A DNA stretch of 64,000 nucleotides from Candidatus Spyradenecus sp. (lineage in GTDB: Bacteria; Verrucomicrobiota; Verrucomicrobiia; Opitutales; UBA953). Numbering within the stretch: the first letter of the stretch is position 1; each line of letters begins with the position of its first letter. A program made the position numbers and the translations under genes. The DNA is taken from NCBI GenBank assembly GCA_045535075.1, contig JAZSKX010000013.1, positions 32,001 through 96,000 on the forward strand. The letters run 5' to 3'. The notes under the pieces are model-generated. The model saw only the letters and a list, made by a program, of their open reading frames with translations, was not told where the DNA came from and did not search any database. Below are positions 40,467-52,369 of this stretch, piece by piece.

Positions 40467-42569
40467 TTAGGAAAAGTGCCGAAAAGATGTTCTTCCCGAA
40501 ACGTGCAACATTTCATAAGTGTTCGGGTCGGCTTCTCGGACAAAGCGCGATGCCTCCATCAAGCCGGGTTCTCCGTAGCCGGAGCGAATCTTTGGATAGA
40601 GCAAATAAAGTTCGTCTTTGGCGCGTGTTGAAGCCACGTAAAAAAGCCGTCGTTCCTCGTCAACGTCTCCGGATTCAATCGCACGTTTGAGCGGGAACAT
40701 TTCTTCGGCGCATCCGATGACAAAAACAATCGGATATTCCAGGCCTTTTGCCTGATGAATCGTGGAAAGGCGTATCATCGGGCGTTCCCGCTCTTCCCGA
40801 TCAACGTCGCCTTTGTTCGTCTCCGAGTTCAGAAGAGTGAGCTGCGCCAGCAAATCGTCCAAGCTCGCGAATTTTTCGGCAAAGCCGATTAAGCTCTGCA
40901 AATCATCGCTGCGCTGTTGCCAGTCGGCATAAACATTTTTTATGAAATCGCCATACCAACCGTCTAAGCCTATGCGCACAATTTCGGCGGGCGTTCCCGT
41001 AATTCGCGGTGTTGCGGGAACGTGCGCTTGAGAGAGCGCTTCCTTTGTCGCGAAGGAAAACAAATCGTCTTCCGCTTCATCGGATTCCTTCGGGCGCGTT
41101 TCCGTTTCCTCGCCGCGGAACGATTCATGCATGTCTTGAACGGAAATAATAAAATCCGTGTAGTCGTCCTTCGCTGCTTCCGGGATTTTTTTCAAAACCG
41201 CATCGTCCAAGAGTGCCGTAAACAGGTGAATTTTCTTCTTTTCGGCGATTTTCTTTCCGAGTTCGAGGGTTTTGCTTGCCGTTCGCGGGCCGACTTTTTC
41301 CATGAGCGCGAGCAAGCGGGAAAACGCGACACCGTCGTCCGGATTTGCCAAAAAACGAAGAATTGCAACAAAATCTCGAATGTGCGCCTGTTGGAAAAAT
41401 TGAAGCCCGCTTGTAATCAAAAACGGAATTCCTGCGCGTGAAAGCTCCAGTTCCAGTTCTTTGGCGTGCGCATGCGCGCGATACAAAACGATGATGTCGT
41501 TCGGCGAATAATCTTCGTCGTTAACGAGTGAGGCAATTCGGCGAATAACGAGGCGCGCCTGATCGTACGCGTCAATTGCCGGAACAAGAAAAGGTCTTTT
41601 CCCGCGTTCCCGCGTTGCCCGGAGCGTTTTTGAGAAACCGAGGGATTCTTCCCGCGAGGCGAGTACGGAATTGGCGAAATCGAGGATTTGGGGAGTTGAG
41701 CGATAATTGATCTCGATTTTATGCAATGCCGTTCCCGCGTACGTTTCGGGGAAGCGCGTGATGTTTTCATAATTTGCGCCGCGCCAAGTGTAAATACATT
41801 GCGCATCGTCGCCGACCGCCGTCAGCGAATTTTCCTCGGAAATGAGGTTGCGGATGATTTCGGATTGGAGCGTGTTTGTGTCCTGAAATTCATCGACGAG
41901 AATATGGCGAAATCGTTTGGAATAGAGTTCCCGCACGCTCGGATTGTTTTCAAGAATTTCGAGGAAAAGCTCAAGCAAATCGTCAAAATCGCAAAGATTC
42001 TGCGTCCGCTTTTCCTCAGCGTAAGCCTCGCGAAACTGTGGAATAATGCGCTCTGCAGCAGGAACCCACGGCATACGTTCTTCGATAATTTCTTCGAGCG
42101 GGCGGCGAGTGTTGCGGGCGTAGCTGATTAAATCAAAAATAACTTTCGGCTTCGGAGCATTTTTCCCCTTGAGAAATTCCGCATTTACGCGTTTGCAAAC
42201 TTTGCCGAAGAGCGAATCCGCATCGCTCGCATCAAGAATCGTATAATCCTTTCGACGCCCTACTAATTCCGCATTGGCGCGCAAAACGCGCTGTCCGATG
42301 CTGTGGAAAGTTCCGCCCCAAAATTCGCTTCGCGGAACGCCTGTCAGGTCTTCTACGCGCGATAGCATTTCCGCTGCTGCTTTGTTGGTGAACGTCAGCA
42401 GAAGAATTCTCCACGGCGGAACGCCCTGCTCCAAAAGCCAGGCAACGCGATAAGTCAGCGTTCGCGTCTTTCCGGAACCGGCTCCCGCGAGCACGAGCGC
42501 AAAGCGTTCCCGCGACGTTACCGCCGCGAGCTGGTCGTCATTAAGTTCGGAGCGAAAATCGATCGACAT
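40467..42569 (-). CDS. uvrD: UvrD/PcrA/Rep superfamily 1 DNA helicase
   Basis: LAGAGSGKT, LTFTNKAA, LVDEFQDTN, VGDDAQCIY, NYRST, STIHQAKGLE, EERRLFYVA. Confidence 0.92.
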   Translation of the reverse strand: MSIDFRSELNDDQLAAVTSRERFALVLAGAGSGKTRTLTYRVAWLLEQGVPPWRILLLTFTNKAAAEMLSRVEDLTGVPRSEFWGGTFHSIGQRVLRANAELVGRRKDYTILDASDADSLFGKVCKRVNAEFLKGKNAPKPKVIFDLISYARNTRRPLEEIIEERMPWVPAAERIIPQFREAYAEEKRTQNLCDFDDLLELFLEILENNPSVRELYSKRFRHILVDEFQDTNTLQSEIIRNLISEENSLTAVGDDAQCIYTWRGANYENITRFPETYAGTALHKIEINYRSTPQILDFANSVLASREESLGFSKTLRATRERGKRPFLVPAIDAYDQARLVIRRIASLVNDEDYSPNDIIVLYRAHAHAKELELELSRAGIPFLITSGLQFFQQAHIRDFVAILRFLANPDDGVAFSRLLALMEKVGPRTASKTLELGKKIAEKKKIHLFTALLDDAVLKKIPEAAKDDYTDFIISVQDMHESFRGEETETRPKESDEAEDDLFSFATKEALSQAHVPATPRITGTPAEIVRIGLDGWYGDFIKNVYADWQQRSDDLQSLIGFAEKFASLDDLLAQLTLLNSETNKGDVDREERERPMIRLSTIHQAKGLEYPIVFVIGCAEEMFPLKRAIESGDVDEERRLFYVASTRAKDELYLLYPKIRSGYGEPGLMEASRFVREADPNTYEMLHVSGRTSFRHFS

Positions 42570-42589
42570 TTTATCGGAAGCATCAAATC

Positions 42590-43318
42590 TTACACGTCGC
42601 CCTGCCCGTCCGCATTTTCGCGTTGGGCTTCGCGGGCATCGCGAATGATGCGCAAGCAGAGTTCCCGCAGATCGAAAATTCCCCGGCGCAATGCAGAGAA
42701 ATCGGAACGGGAGCTTTCGGAAATCGTTTCGCGAGCCAAAGCTTCTCCAAGTTGTGCGGCAATTCCGAGATACTCATTCCAAGCGGCATGCGCCCGTTTC
42801 ATCATCAGGATTGCCAATCCGTTTTCCTGCGCCGAAAGAGCATCAATCGCGAGCATCATCGATTGTTCGGCTCGGGAAAATCCGGCAGCAAGTGCAAGAA
42901 TCGTTTCCGGAGAAAACGTCGAAAGAGTTTTGCGTTCCCGCGCGAAGATTGACCTCAAGCGATTTTGAGAAGAATCGACGATGGCGCGAATGGCGACGAC
43001 TTCCGTCGTATTCAAAAGCGAATAAACCGGCGGCGGGCCGGGCGGCGGCGTAATCGAAAAATCTTGCCCGAACATTTTTACGATTTCCTCCCGAGTTTCG
43101 GTTTCATCGCCATCGAGTTGCCACCCCATTGCCAGCGCGCACTTGTCCAAGCGATCTTCGTCGGCTCGAATTTCCAGTGTTTCGTAAAAACGGCGGAAGC
43201 GTTCAGTTTCGCGATCTGCCCAAGCGATAAAATGCGTCCATTCCGTTTCTGAGCAGTGAATTTCGGGCGAATTATCCTCGAATCCTCCGTTGGAGCTACC
43301 TTCAAAATCTTTTTTCAT
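42590..43318 (-). CDS. Hypothetical protein (predominantly helical)
   Basis: ORF fills the gap between cysE and uvrD on the same strand; no motif recognised. Confidence 0.7.
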   Translation of the reverse strand: MKKDFEGSSNGGFEDNSPEIHCSETEWTHFIAWADRETERFRRFYETLEIRADEDRLDKCALAMGWQLDGDETETREEIVKMFGQDFSITPPPGPPPVYSLLNTTEVVAIRAIVDSSQNRLRSIFARERKTLSTFSPETILALAAGFSRAEQSMMLAIDALSAQENGLAILMMKRAHAAWNEYLGIAAQLGEALARETISESSRSDFSALRRGIFDLRELCLRIIRDAREAQRENADGQGDV

Positions 43319-43332
43319 GAAAATCCTTTTAC

Positions 43333-44151
43333 TTAACACGGCAAACGATGATTCATGCCGCCTGCCGGGTCGGCTTCTTGCGCCGTGCCGACAATGCGCG
43401 CGGGAACGCCGGCAACAGTCGCGTGCGCGGGAACGTCATCAAGCACCACCGAACCGGCGCCGACTTTCGCACAGTGGCCGATTTCGATATTTCCGAGAAT
43501 TTTGGCTCCGGCGCCGATGAGCACGCCGGAGCGCACTTTCGGGTGGCGATCTCCGCGCGTTTTTCCCGTACCGCCGAGCGTTACCGCATGCAAAATCGAG
43601 ACATTATCTTCGACAACGGCGGTTTCTCCCGCAACGAAACCCGTCGCGTGGTCAAGCAGTATTCCGCATCCGAATTTTGCCGCCGGATGAATGTCGACGG
43701 AAAGTTTTTCCGAAACCTTGCTTTGAATAAAATGCGCGATATAGCGACGCGATCGATTCCAAAAATAGTGCGCGACGCGATGCGCGGAAATGGCGAGGAA
43801 TCCTTTATACCAAAGGAACGGAACCAACAACGATTCACACGCGGGATCGCGCTCCACGGTTGCAAAAATATCGTTTCGGCAGCTCCGGGCAATTGTAGAA
43901 TCATGCGCAAAGGCTTCGAGGCAAAGCGCGGCAATCGCGTTGTATTCTTTTTCGGTTGAAGCTAATTTGTGCGCAATGCGAGCGCTCATCGCAAAATCAA
44001 AATCACGTTGGTTTAATACAAAAGTATTGAGCGTTTCCGCCAACGCCGGCTCGCGGACAAGCATTTCCTGTGCGCGTTCCCGCATCTGCCGCCACAGCAA
44101 GGCAGTCTCGTCGGTTTTGTCCGAGTCTTGCATCTCAATTGAATCAATCAT
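43333..44151 (-). CDS. cysE: Serine O-acetyltransferase
   Basis: ERDPAC, YKGF, VDIHPAA, LDHATG, TLGGTGK..GDRHPK, hexapeptide repeats. Confidence 0.95.
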   Translation of the reverse strand: MIDSIEMQDSDKTDETALLWRQMRERAQEMLVREPALAETLNTFVLNQRDFDFAMSARIAHKLASTEKEYNAIAALCLEAFAHDSTIARSCRNDIFATVERDPACESLLVPFLWYKGFLAISAHRVAHYFWNRSRRYIAHFIQSKVSEKLSVDIHPAAKFGCGILLDHATGFVAGETAVVEDNVSILHAVTLGGTGKTRGDRHPKVRSGVLIGAGAKILGNIEIGHCAKVGAGSVVLDDVPAHATVAGVPARIVGTAQEADPAGGMNHRLPC

Positions 44152-44200
44152 TACTGGAATGGGGGAAAATTAAAACCTCACTTTTCTTGTTTCGCGACAT

Positions 44201-44242
44201 AAAAAACCCGCAGAGAGAAAAGGAGGAGGAACTCTCTGCGGG
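44201..44242 (-). terminator. Intrinsic terminator downstream of tRNA-Cys
   Basis: Minus strand CCCGCAGAGAG-loop-CTCTCTGCGGG-TTTTTT. Confidence 0.8.
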
Positions 44243-44284
44243 CAATCCGGGCAAGCCGGATTTGGTTGGATTGGGAGAAAAAAT

Positions 44285-44360
44285 TGGAGGTGTGGGGCGG
44301 ATTCGAACCGCCGCATAGTGGTTTTGCAAACCACGGCCTTAACCACTTGGCTACCACACC
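44285..44360 (-). tRNA. tRNA-Cys (anticodon GCA)
   Basis: Reverse complement GGTGTGGTAGCCAAGTGGTTAAGGCCGTGGTTTGCAAAACCACTATGCGGCGGTTCGAATCCGCCCCACACCTCCA folds as a cloverleaf. Confidence 0.96.
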
Positions 44361-44513
44361 AAAAATTTAAAATTCACTATGTCTTTTTACCGCATTCAAA
44401 GCAAGCGTTTTTTTAGAAAACACAAAATAAGCGGATTTTTGCGAGGAAATCGAAATTCTGGTCGAAGCTTAATTCCGCTGACAAACAGGCGCATTGCGGT
44501 TTATAATATACCA

Positions 44514-45239
44514 ATGATTTCCTTTGAGCATTTTGAAGAAAATTGCCTGCGCGTGCGGGAACGCGTCGCCGAAGCCTGTCGTACCTGCGGGCGCAATCCT
44601 GATGAAGTTTGCATTCTTCCCGTGACCAAAAACCACCCCGTTGAAGCGCCGATTTATGCGGCCAAAGCCGGCTTTCCTGCTGTCGGGGAAAATAGAGTCC
44701 GAGAAACGGAAGTTAAACGCAGTGAATTTTTTACACGCAGTGAGACTTCTTTGCGCTGGGAACTTATCGGACATCTTCAAAGCAACAAGGCGCGCAATGC
44801 AGTACGTCTCTTTGACCGAATTCAATCCGTGGATTCGGTTTCGCTCGTACAAAAACTTGATCGACTTTGCGAGGAGCTTGCGCGGGAACGGCTTCCCGTA
44901 TTGCTTCAGGCAAACGCCGGAAACGATCCTGCGAAGTTCGGAACCGGAGACTTTGATTCGTTGCGCCGGCTCACCGAATCCGCTTTTGCGGGAACGCATT
45001 TGCAAGTTGACGGGCTGATGTGCGTTGCGCCGATTGACGACGATTCTCTCGAAACGGCGAAGCGGTGCTTCGAAACGTTGCGTATTTGGCGCGATCGCCT
45101 GGAATCCGAATTCGGGCGCGCGCTCCCGCAACTTTCCATGGGCATGTCGCACGATCTCGTTCCCGCCGTTGCCGCAGGTTCCACAATGGTGCGTATCGGC
45201 ACGGCGCTTTTCGGCGAACGCGATTATTCCCGCACATAA
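44514..45239 (+). CDS. yggS: PLP homeostasis protein YggS
   Basis: PVTK, GENRV, IGHLQSNK, GLMC, LSMGMSHD, GSTMVRIGTALFG. Confidence 0.92.
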   Translation: MISFEHFEENCLRVRERVAEACRTCGRNPDEVCILPVTKNHPVEAPIYAAKAGFPAVGENRVRETEVKRSEFFTRSETSLRWELIGHLQSNKARNAVRLFDRIQSVDSVSLVQKLDRLCEELARERLPVLLQANAGNDPAKFGTGDFDSLRRLTESAFAGTHLQVDGLMCVAPIDDDSLETAKRCFETLRIWRDRLESEFGRALPQLSMGMSHDLVPAVAAGSTMVRIGTALFGERDYSRT

Positions 45240-45293
45240 AGGATTAAAAAACTCGAAAGCCTTTCACTAAGTCTGTAGAACTTAAATACAACC

Positions 45294-47174
45294 ATGAGTT
45301 TGCTCATTCATTTTCTCGGCTTTTTTACCGCCTCAATTCCCGTTTGTCTTGCTGCCGCAATCGCCCGCCTCTTAGGACGCATCGTTTTCGCGACAATGCC
45401 TTCCCGCCGCCGCCTTGTTTTGCGAAATCTTCATCATTGTTTTCCGGAAAAAACGGAAGACGAGCGTCGGGCAATCGCCCTCGAAAGTACATGTCGCATG
45501 GTGGAAATGGGAATGTTCGTACTCGCGGCACCGTATTTTTCCGAAAAGAAAATTCGGAGTCGTTTCACGATGGACGCAAAGGCGATTGATGCTGTTCTCG
45601 ACGCTCAAACGCCGGTTGTAGCCGGTGTCCCGCATTTCTCTCTGATGGAAGTTCTCACGATGATTCCGCTTTTTTCGGAATCCGTAAAAAAGCGCGATTG
45701 CGGTGTTTTCTACCGCCCGTTTGATAATTCTTCCATCGAGCGCTGGGTAAAATCCACACGGGAACGCTTCGGCTTTAAGCTGCTTTCCCGAAAAAAAGGA
45801 CTCACGCAAGCACTCTCCTTCCTCGATAAAAACGGCATCGTTTGTGTTCTCTTTGACCAAAGCCCCGGGAAAAAGCGCGGCGTTCTTTCGCTCTTCGAAG
45901 ACCGAGTCGTCACCAATAGCATGCTCGCGGGAACGCTGGCTGCGGGGAAAGCCGGAACACAACTCATCACGGTTTACTGCGAGCGGAGCGGATTTTGGCG
46001 CGGAACGATTCGCATCGAAAAACCCGAAGTTTCCGAACTTTCCGCCGTCGGCTACACCGTCGCGCTCAATCGCTGGCTTGAGGGAAAACTCGCCGAAAAT
46101 TTCAATCTCTGCTCGGACTGGCTTTGGATGCACGACCGTTGGAAAGGGTTCAACGGATTAAATCTCGAACACCGGAAAAGTATTCTTGAAGAAACCGTAA
46201 GGCTGTACGGCTACGATGCGCTCCCGCGAAAGAAGCGCATTTGGATTCGCCTTCCGAATTGGCTTGGTGACATCGTTATGGCGTTCCCGCTGATTCAAAC
46301 CATCCGCGCCGCGCGGCCGGACGCGCAGATTACCTTGCTCGCGCGCAAGCATTTTCTCCCGATGCTCGAATTACTCGGTGTTGCCGATCGACTCATCGCG
46401 CTCCCGCCCAAGGGCAAGGGCTATTGGAAATTCTGCCGCAATCTGCGAACGGAATATCCCGACCAGCACTTGCTGTTTACAAACTCGTTGCGCGGCGATG
46501 TCGAAGCGAAGCTCATCGGCGCACCGCAACGTTTCGGCATGGTTCGCAAAGGCTATCCGCGCCCGTATCTCACGAAAAAATGGCGCGTTCCCGCAGACTT
46601 GGATTTGACAAAAAATCATCAAACTCATGTTTGGGCTCAATGGTTGCGGGAATCCTGCGGACTGAAACACGAACTTGATTTTTCTCCGATTAAAATCGAA
46701 TCGGAAAAACAATTACGCATCGGAATGATTTGCGGCACGGAAAATTCTCCGGAAAAACGCTGGCCGATTGAACGCTGGCGGGAACTCATTGCGCTCCTGC
46801 AAAAAAAATATCCGAACCTGCAAATCTATCTTTTCGGAACGGCAAAAGACGGAGCCATTACAGCTCAAGTTGCCGAGGGACAAAATGAAAATGTCGTCGA
46901 CCGAGCCGGGAAAACCGACCTTCCCGCATATATGCGAGAGCTTGCATCCTGCTGCGCCATCTGCGGGAACGACACCGGCGGCATGCACCTGGCAAATATG
47001 CTCGGCGTTCCCGTCGTCGGTATTTTCGGGCCGACAAATCCCGTCCGCACGGGACCGATCTTCAACGCTCCGGCATGTATTCTTCAACCGGAAAATTGCC
47101 CGCCCACCGGCGGCGCCGATATTCGAGGCGTTTCCGCTCAAAACGCCTGTAACGCACTCGAAAAATTTATTTAA
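45294..47174 (+). CDS. Fusion of an LpxL/HtrB-like lipid A acyltransferase and a WaaF-like heptosyltransferase (GT9)
   Basis: N-half: PHFSLME, YRPFDN, LFDQ, WLWMHDRWK; C-half: PNWLGDIVM, KRWP, GKTDL, NDTGGMHLA, FGPTNP. Confidence 0.85.
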   Translation: MSLLIHFLGFFTASIPVCLAAAIARLLGRIVFATMPSRRRLVLRNLHHCFPEKTEDERRAIALESTCRMVEMGMFVLAAPYFSEKKIRSRFTMDAKAIDAVLDAQTPVVAGVPHFSLMEVLTMIPLFSESVKKRDCGVFYRPFDNSSIERWVKSTRERFGFKLLSRKKGLTQALSFLDKNGIVCVLFDQSPGKKRGVLSLFEDRVVTNSMLAGTLAAGKAGTQLITVYCERSGFWRGTIRIEKPEVSELSAVGYTVALNRWLEGKLAENFNLCSDWLWMHDRWKGFNGLNLEHRKSILEETVRLYGYDALPRKKRIWIRLPNWLGDIVMAFPLIQTIRAARPDAQITLLARKHFLPMLELLGVADRLIALPPKGKGYWKFCRNLRTEYPDQHLLFTNSLRGDVEAKLIGAPQRFGMVRKGYPRPYLTKKWRVPADLDLTKNHQTHVWAQWLRESCGLKHELDFSPIKIESEKQLRIGMICGTENSPEKRWPIERWRELIALLQKKYPNLQIYLFGTAKDGAITAQVAEGQNENVVDRAGKTDLPAYMRELASCCAICGNDTGGMHLANMLGVPVVGIFGPTNPVRTGPIFNAPACILQPENCPPTGGADIRGVSAQNACNALEKFI

Positions 47175-47183
47175 CGACAATCC

Positions 47184-48263
47184 ATGGCAAAAGTTCTGGT
47201 CGCTCTCTCCGGCGGCGTTGACAGCGCCGTCGCCGCACTTCTCTTAAAACGAGACGGATACGACGTTCACGCCGCTTACATGCGTACTTGGATGAATGAA
47301 GAAGGCGGGAAATTTTTCGGCGAGTGCCCGTGGGAAGATGATGTCGCCAACGCGCGAGCCGTCGCCGACACGCTTGGAATCCCCTTCAAAATTGTCGATT
47401 TAATTAAGGATTACCGGGAACACATTGTTCAATATTTGGTGGACGGATACAGAAGCGGTCTCACCCCGAATCCGGACGTTCTCTGCAATCGAGAAATGAA
47501 ATTCGGCGTATTTGCCCGCAAAGCCTTTGCCGACGGATTCGACTATGTCGCAACCGGACACTACGCGCGCCGTCGGGACAACGCGGACGGCACTTCGGAT
47601 ATTCTTTGCGGCGTCGACCCGAACAAAGATCAAACTTATTTTCTCGCCCTGCTTCGACAGGAACAACTCCGACGCGCGCTCTATCCGGTCGGCCACCTGC
47701 TTAAACCGGAACTGAGAAAACTCGCCGAAGAAGCCGGCTTGCCGAACGCCAAACGCAAAGACAGCCAGGGAATTTGCTTTATCGGAAAAATTCGAATCAA
47801 CGATTTTTTGGAACAATACATTCCGCAAAAACCGGGAAAAATCGTTAATACTGCCGGAAAAATTCTCGGCGAACACAAAGGCCTTTTCCATTACACTATC
47901 GGGCAACGCCGCGGAATTAACGTGCCGTCTAATACGGACAATGAATATTACGTTGTCGTCGCCAAACGCTTTGAAACAAACGAGCTTGTCGTCGCATTTG
48001 ATCATCCGGAAACCGCGGGAACGCTCTATACGACGGAATCTTGGGTCAACAATCTCTCATGGATTAATCGCCCGCTGACGGAAAAATGCGAAATCCTCGT
48101 ACGCGTGCGTTACCGAGATGCTTCGACGCCCGTTGTTTTCACTCCGGACGGGAACGGCGGCGCCCACATTGCCTACAAGAATATGCAGCGCGGTATCGCT
48201 CCGGGACAAATCATTGCCTTCTACGACGGAGAAACGCTCCTCGGCGGCGGCGTTTTTCAGTAA
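47184..48263 (+). CDS. mnmA: tRNA 2-thiouridylase MnmA
   Basis: ALSGGVDS, TPNPDVLCNREMKF, ATGHYA, KDQTYFL, KDSQGICFIG, PGQ. Confidence 0.96.
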   Translation: MAKVLVALSGGVDSAVAALLLKRDGYDVHAAYMRTWMNEEGGKFFGECPWEDDVANARAVADTLGIPFKIVDLIKDYREHIVQYLVDGYRSGLTPNPDVLCNREMKFGVFARKAFADGFDYVATGHYARRRDNADGTSDILCGVDPNKDQTYFLALLRQEQLRRALYPVGHLLKPELRKLAEEAGLPNAKRKDSQGICFIGKIRINDFLEQYIPQKPGKIVNTAGKILGEHKGLFHYTIGQRRGINVPSNTDNEYYVVVAKRFETNELVVAFDHPETAGTLYTTESWVNNLSWINRPLTEKCEILVRVRYRDASTPVVFTPDGNGGAHIAYKNMQRGIAPGQIIAFYDGETLLGGGVFQ

Positions 48264-48507
48264 CGAGAACGCGTCGCGAAAATCGTCTACCGCCGTCAAA
48301 ACGGTAATTCCTCCGCAAAATCTTCCTGCAGAGACAATTCACTTTCCCGCGGGAACGCATGTTTGACGACGTCTTGAGCGCTCCGATTTTTGCCTCCATG
48401 CAAGAACGAATCAAATTTTTCAGTTACGAAAACCTCGTGCGTCAATTCGAAGCCGTGACTGCAATTTCCCGCCTTGCGGAAACAATTTGATCGTTGTTTT
48501 CTTAAAA

Positions 48508-48551
48508 AAAAAGAAGCGTTCCCGCGAATAGCTCACGGGAACGCTTCTTTT
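48508..48551 (-). terminator. Bidirectional terminator built from an inverted pair of the 9-mer
   Basis: AAAAGAAGCGTTCCCGCGA-atagc-TCACGGGAACGCTTCTTTT between convergent mnmA and pfp. Confidence 0.88.
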
Positions 48552-48568
48552 AAACTTTAACCCTGCTT

Positions 48569-49795
48569 CTATTTGCGGGCGGCGACGGGTTCCGGCTGTC
48601 CGATTTCGCGGAGCAGATTTTTGAACCACGGGAACGCCATGTTGAACGGCTTTCCGCCTTTGATACGTTCGAATTCGATCGGACGAAGGCGGTCCTGATG
48701 GGCTTCGTCGTGTCCGATAACGCCGCTTTCGCCGCGCATCGCCGCATCAACCGCGAGGTCAACACAACCCTTGATAAGTGTGAGGTCTTCCGCGTTGGCG
48801 GGAGCGGAACGCGCAAAGTAACCGGATTTTTGAACGAGCACTTTTTCGGCACCGATCATTTCGGCAAATTGTTTGCCGAACCATTTACCCGGATTAATTG
48901 CGTCGAGTTTGACGTGCCCGAATGCGTCGCGCGGAATTTCCTCACCCTTGGCTTCCATTTCCTTGATGATAGCTTCAACGCCTGCGCCTTCGGAGATGAA
49001 GATGTTCACGCAGTCATAAAGATCCATCACCGCGTGGAGACGCTTGGCTTCTTTCGCAAGGTCAATTTCCATTTCCGGCAGGTAAATTCCGTGGACGTCA
49101 TAGCGTTTCGGGTGAACACCGCCGATTTCGGGAACGAATTCGTTGGAATAAAGTTCTTTGCGGTATTTGAGCGCCGTTGCCGCCGTAAGCCAGCCGCAAT
49201 TGCGTCCCATGACTTCATGTACGATGAGCATGCGCGGATTTGCGGAATTTTCGGCAACAACATTGCGGAAATAGGTTGCGCCCTGTTCTGCCGCTGTCCA
49301 CGCGCCGAGCGATTGTTTAATCGGATAGACGTCGTTGTCGATTGTTTTCGGCAAGCCGATAACCGTCAAATCGTAATTGTTGGTTTTGAGGAACGCCGCA
49401 AGATCTGCCGCCGCCGTATTCGTGTCGTCGCCGCCGATGGTGTGGAGCACCTGAACGCCGTCTTTAACGAGCTGATCCGCTGCAACTTTCTGCGGGTCTT
49501 CGCCTTCTTTAACAAGTCCGCGCTTAACGCAGTCTTTCACGTTCGTCAGCTTTACGCGAGAATTCCCGATCGGGCTACCGCCGTAGAGCAAAAGCGTGAA
49601 TGCTTTTTCGCGGATTTCCGGAGAAACACGGACGCTGTCGCCGAGGAGCAAGCCTTTGTAGCCGCCGCGATAGCAGATGATTTCGATTTCCGGATCAATT
49701 TCCGTATAGCGCATGATCAAACCGCCGACCGCAGCCGAAAGGCACGGAGCGAGACCGCCCGCCGTGAGAATACCAACTTTTTTGATTTTTTTCAT
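48569..49795 (-). CDS. pfp: Pyrophosphate-dependent phosphofructokinase
   Basis: TAGGLAPCL, TIGGDDT and PKTIDND (Asp/Lys pair typical of PPi specificity), EVMGRNCG. Confidence 0.92.
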   Translation of the reverse strand: MKKIKKVGILTAGGLAPCLSAAVGGLIMRYTEIDPEIEIICYRGGYKGLLLGDSVRVSPEIREKAFTLLLYGGSPIGNSRVKLTNVKDCVKRGLVKEGEDPQKVAADQLVKDGVQVLHTIGGDDTNTAAADLAAFLKTNNYDLTVIGLPKTIDNDVYPIKQSLGAWTAAEQGATYFRNVVAENSANPRMLIVHEVMGRNCGWLTAATALKYRKELYSNEFVPEIGGVHPKRYDVHGIYLPEMEIDLAKEAKRLHAVMDLYDCVNIFISEGAGVEAIIKEMEAKGEEIPRDAFGHVKLDAINPGKWFGKQFAEMIGAEKVLVQKSGYFARSAPANAEDLTLIKGCVDLAVDAAMRGESGVIGHDEAHQDRLRPIEFERIKGGKPFNMAFPWFKNLLREIGQPEPVAARK

Positions 49796-49913
49796 AAGAT
49801 GAACTGTGTGTTAAAAATGCTGAGAATCGTTTGTCTATATTGAATTTTAAAGCGCTGAAAGTCAAAAGCTTAAACGCGTTCCCGCGCCGCTCTCGTGATT
49901 TTCTAGGAAAACA

Positions 49914-49950
49914 AAAAGCGTTCCCGTAAAAAATTCACGGGAACGCTCTT
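49914..49950 (-). terminator. Intrinsic terminator of eno built from motif variants
   Basis: Minus strand GCGTTCCCGTGA-atttt-TTACGGGAACGC-TTTTTG. Confidence 0.82.
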
Positions 49951-49985
49951 CGTGAAGCTCTAAGCTTTAAAGCTAATCTTTCCGA

Positions 49986-51338
<1,353 letters not shown>

Positions 51339-51478
51339 CTAAATTGGACTACAGATTAGCTTTCAAGCCCGAAGAAATCAAGCGGGAACGGATTCTAACA
51401 GACATCTGATAATTGATAACGAAGCGTGTAAAGGAAAGTTGTTTACAAACGCAGTCTGCGGCGATTGTTGTTTTTTAA

Positions 51479-52369
51479 TTATTTTTTCGGATCGAAGGCG
51501 TCCCGAAGCGCGTCTCCGAAAAGATTAAGCGCAAAGAGCGTTCCCGCAAAGAAAAGCCCCGGGAAAAGCAAAAGCCACGGATAATCCGCCATTGCGTCGG
51601 CGCCTTCTTTAATCATAAGCCCCCACGAAGTCATCGGCGGTTTAACGCCCAAGCCGAGAAAGCTGATAAATGCTTCAAGCAGCATGACTCCGGGAACGGT
51701 CAGCGTTGCATACACGATTACGGTTCCGAGAGTATTCGGAAAAAGATGGCGCCACATGATTTTTGTCGTTGATTGCCCCATACAAATTGCAGCTTCGACA
51801 AACGCCTGCGAGCGCAGCTCCCTTACCTGATTCCGCACAATGCGTGCCATGGTGAGCCAGGAAATTGCGCCGATGGCGATGTAAATCAGCCACATTTCCT
51901 GTCCGAAAACAACCGTCAACAAAATCACGAAAAGCGTAAACGGTAATGCATAGAGAATATCCACGATTCGCATCAGAATCGAATCGCGCATCCCGCCGAC
52001 GTATCCGGCAATCATCCCGTAAACGACGCCGATAACGCAAGAAACCACGGTTGCAATCAAACCGACCTGCAAGGAAACGCTCCCGCCGTAGAGCAACCGC
52101 GAAAGCACGTCTCGCCCGAGAGTGTCGGTCCCGAGCCAGTGTTCCCGTGACGGGCCGGCAGGGCCGAGTGCCAAATCCTGCGCTTCGAACGGGAACGGCG
52201 CAATCCAAGGCGCACAGAGGCAGGCGCACAACATCACGAGCACAAAAATCCCGGCAACGACACCGGGGCGATTGGCAAAAAAACGTTCGCGGGAACGCTT
52301 CCACGGCGAAACCGGGATTTCGGAAAGAGATTCGACCTGCTCGCCGCTTGTTTGTTTTGAGAATTTCAC
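51479..52369 (-). CDS. Oligopeptide ABC transporter permease (OppC/DppC-like)
   Basis: HWLGTDTLGRD, EAA loop (FVEAAICMG), SFLGLG, GDALRDAFDP. Confidence 0.9.
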   Translation of the reverse strand: MKFSKQTSGEQVESLSEIPVSPWKRSRERFFANRPGVVAGIFVLVMLCACLCAPWIAPFPFEAQDLALGPAGPSREHWLGTDTLGRDVLSRLLYGGSVSLQVGLIATVVSCVIGVVYGMIAGYVGGMRDSILMRIVDILYALPFTLFVILLTVVFGQEMWLIYIAIGAISWLTMARIVRNQVRELRSQAFVEAAICMGQSTTKIMWRHLFPNTLGTVIVYATLTVPGVMLLEAFISFLGLGVKPPMTSWGLMIKEGADAMADYPWLLLFPGLFFAGTLFALNLFGDALRDAFDPKK

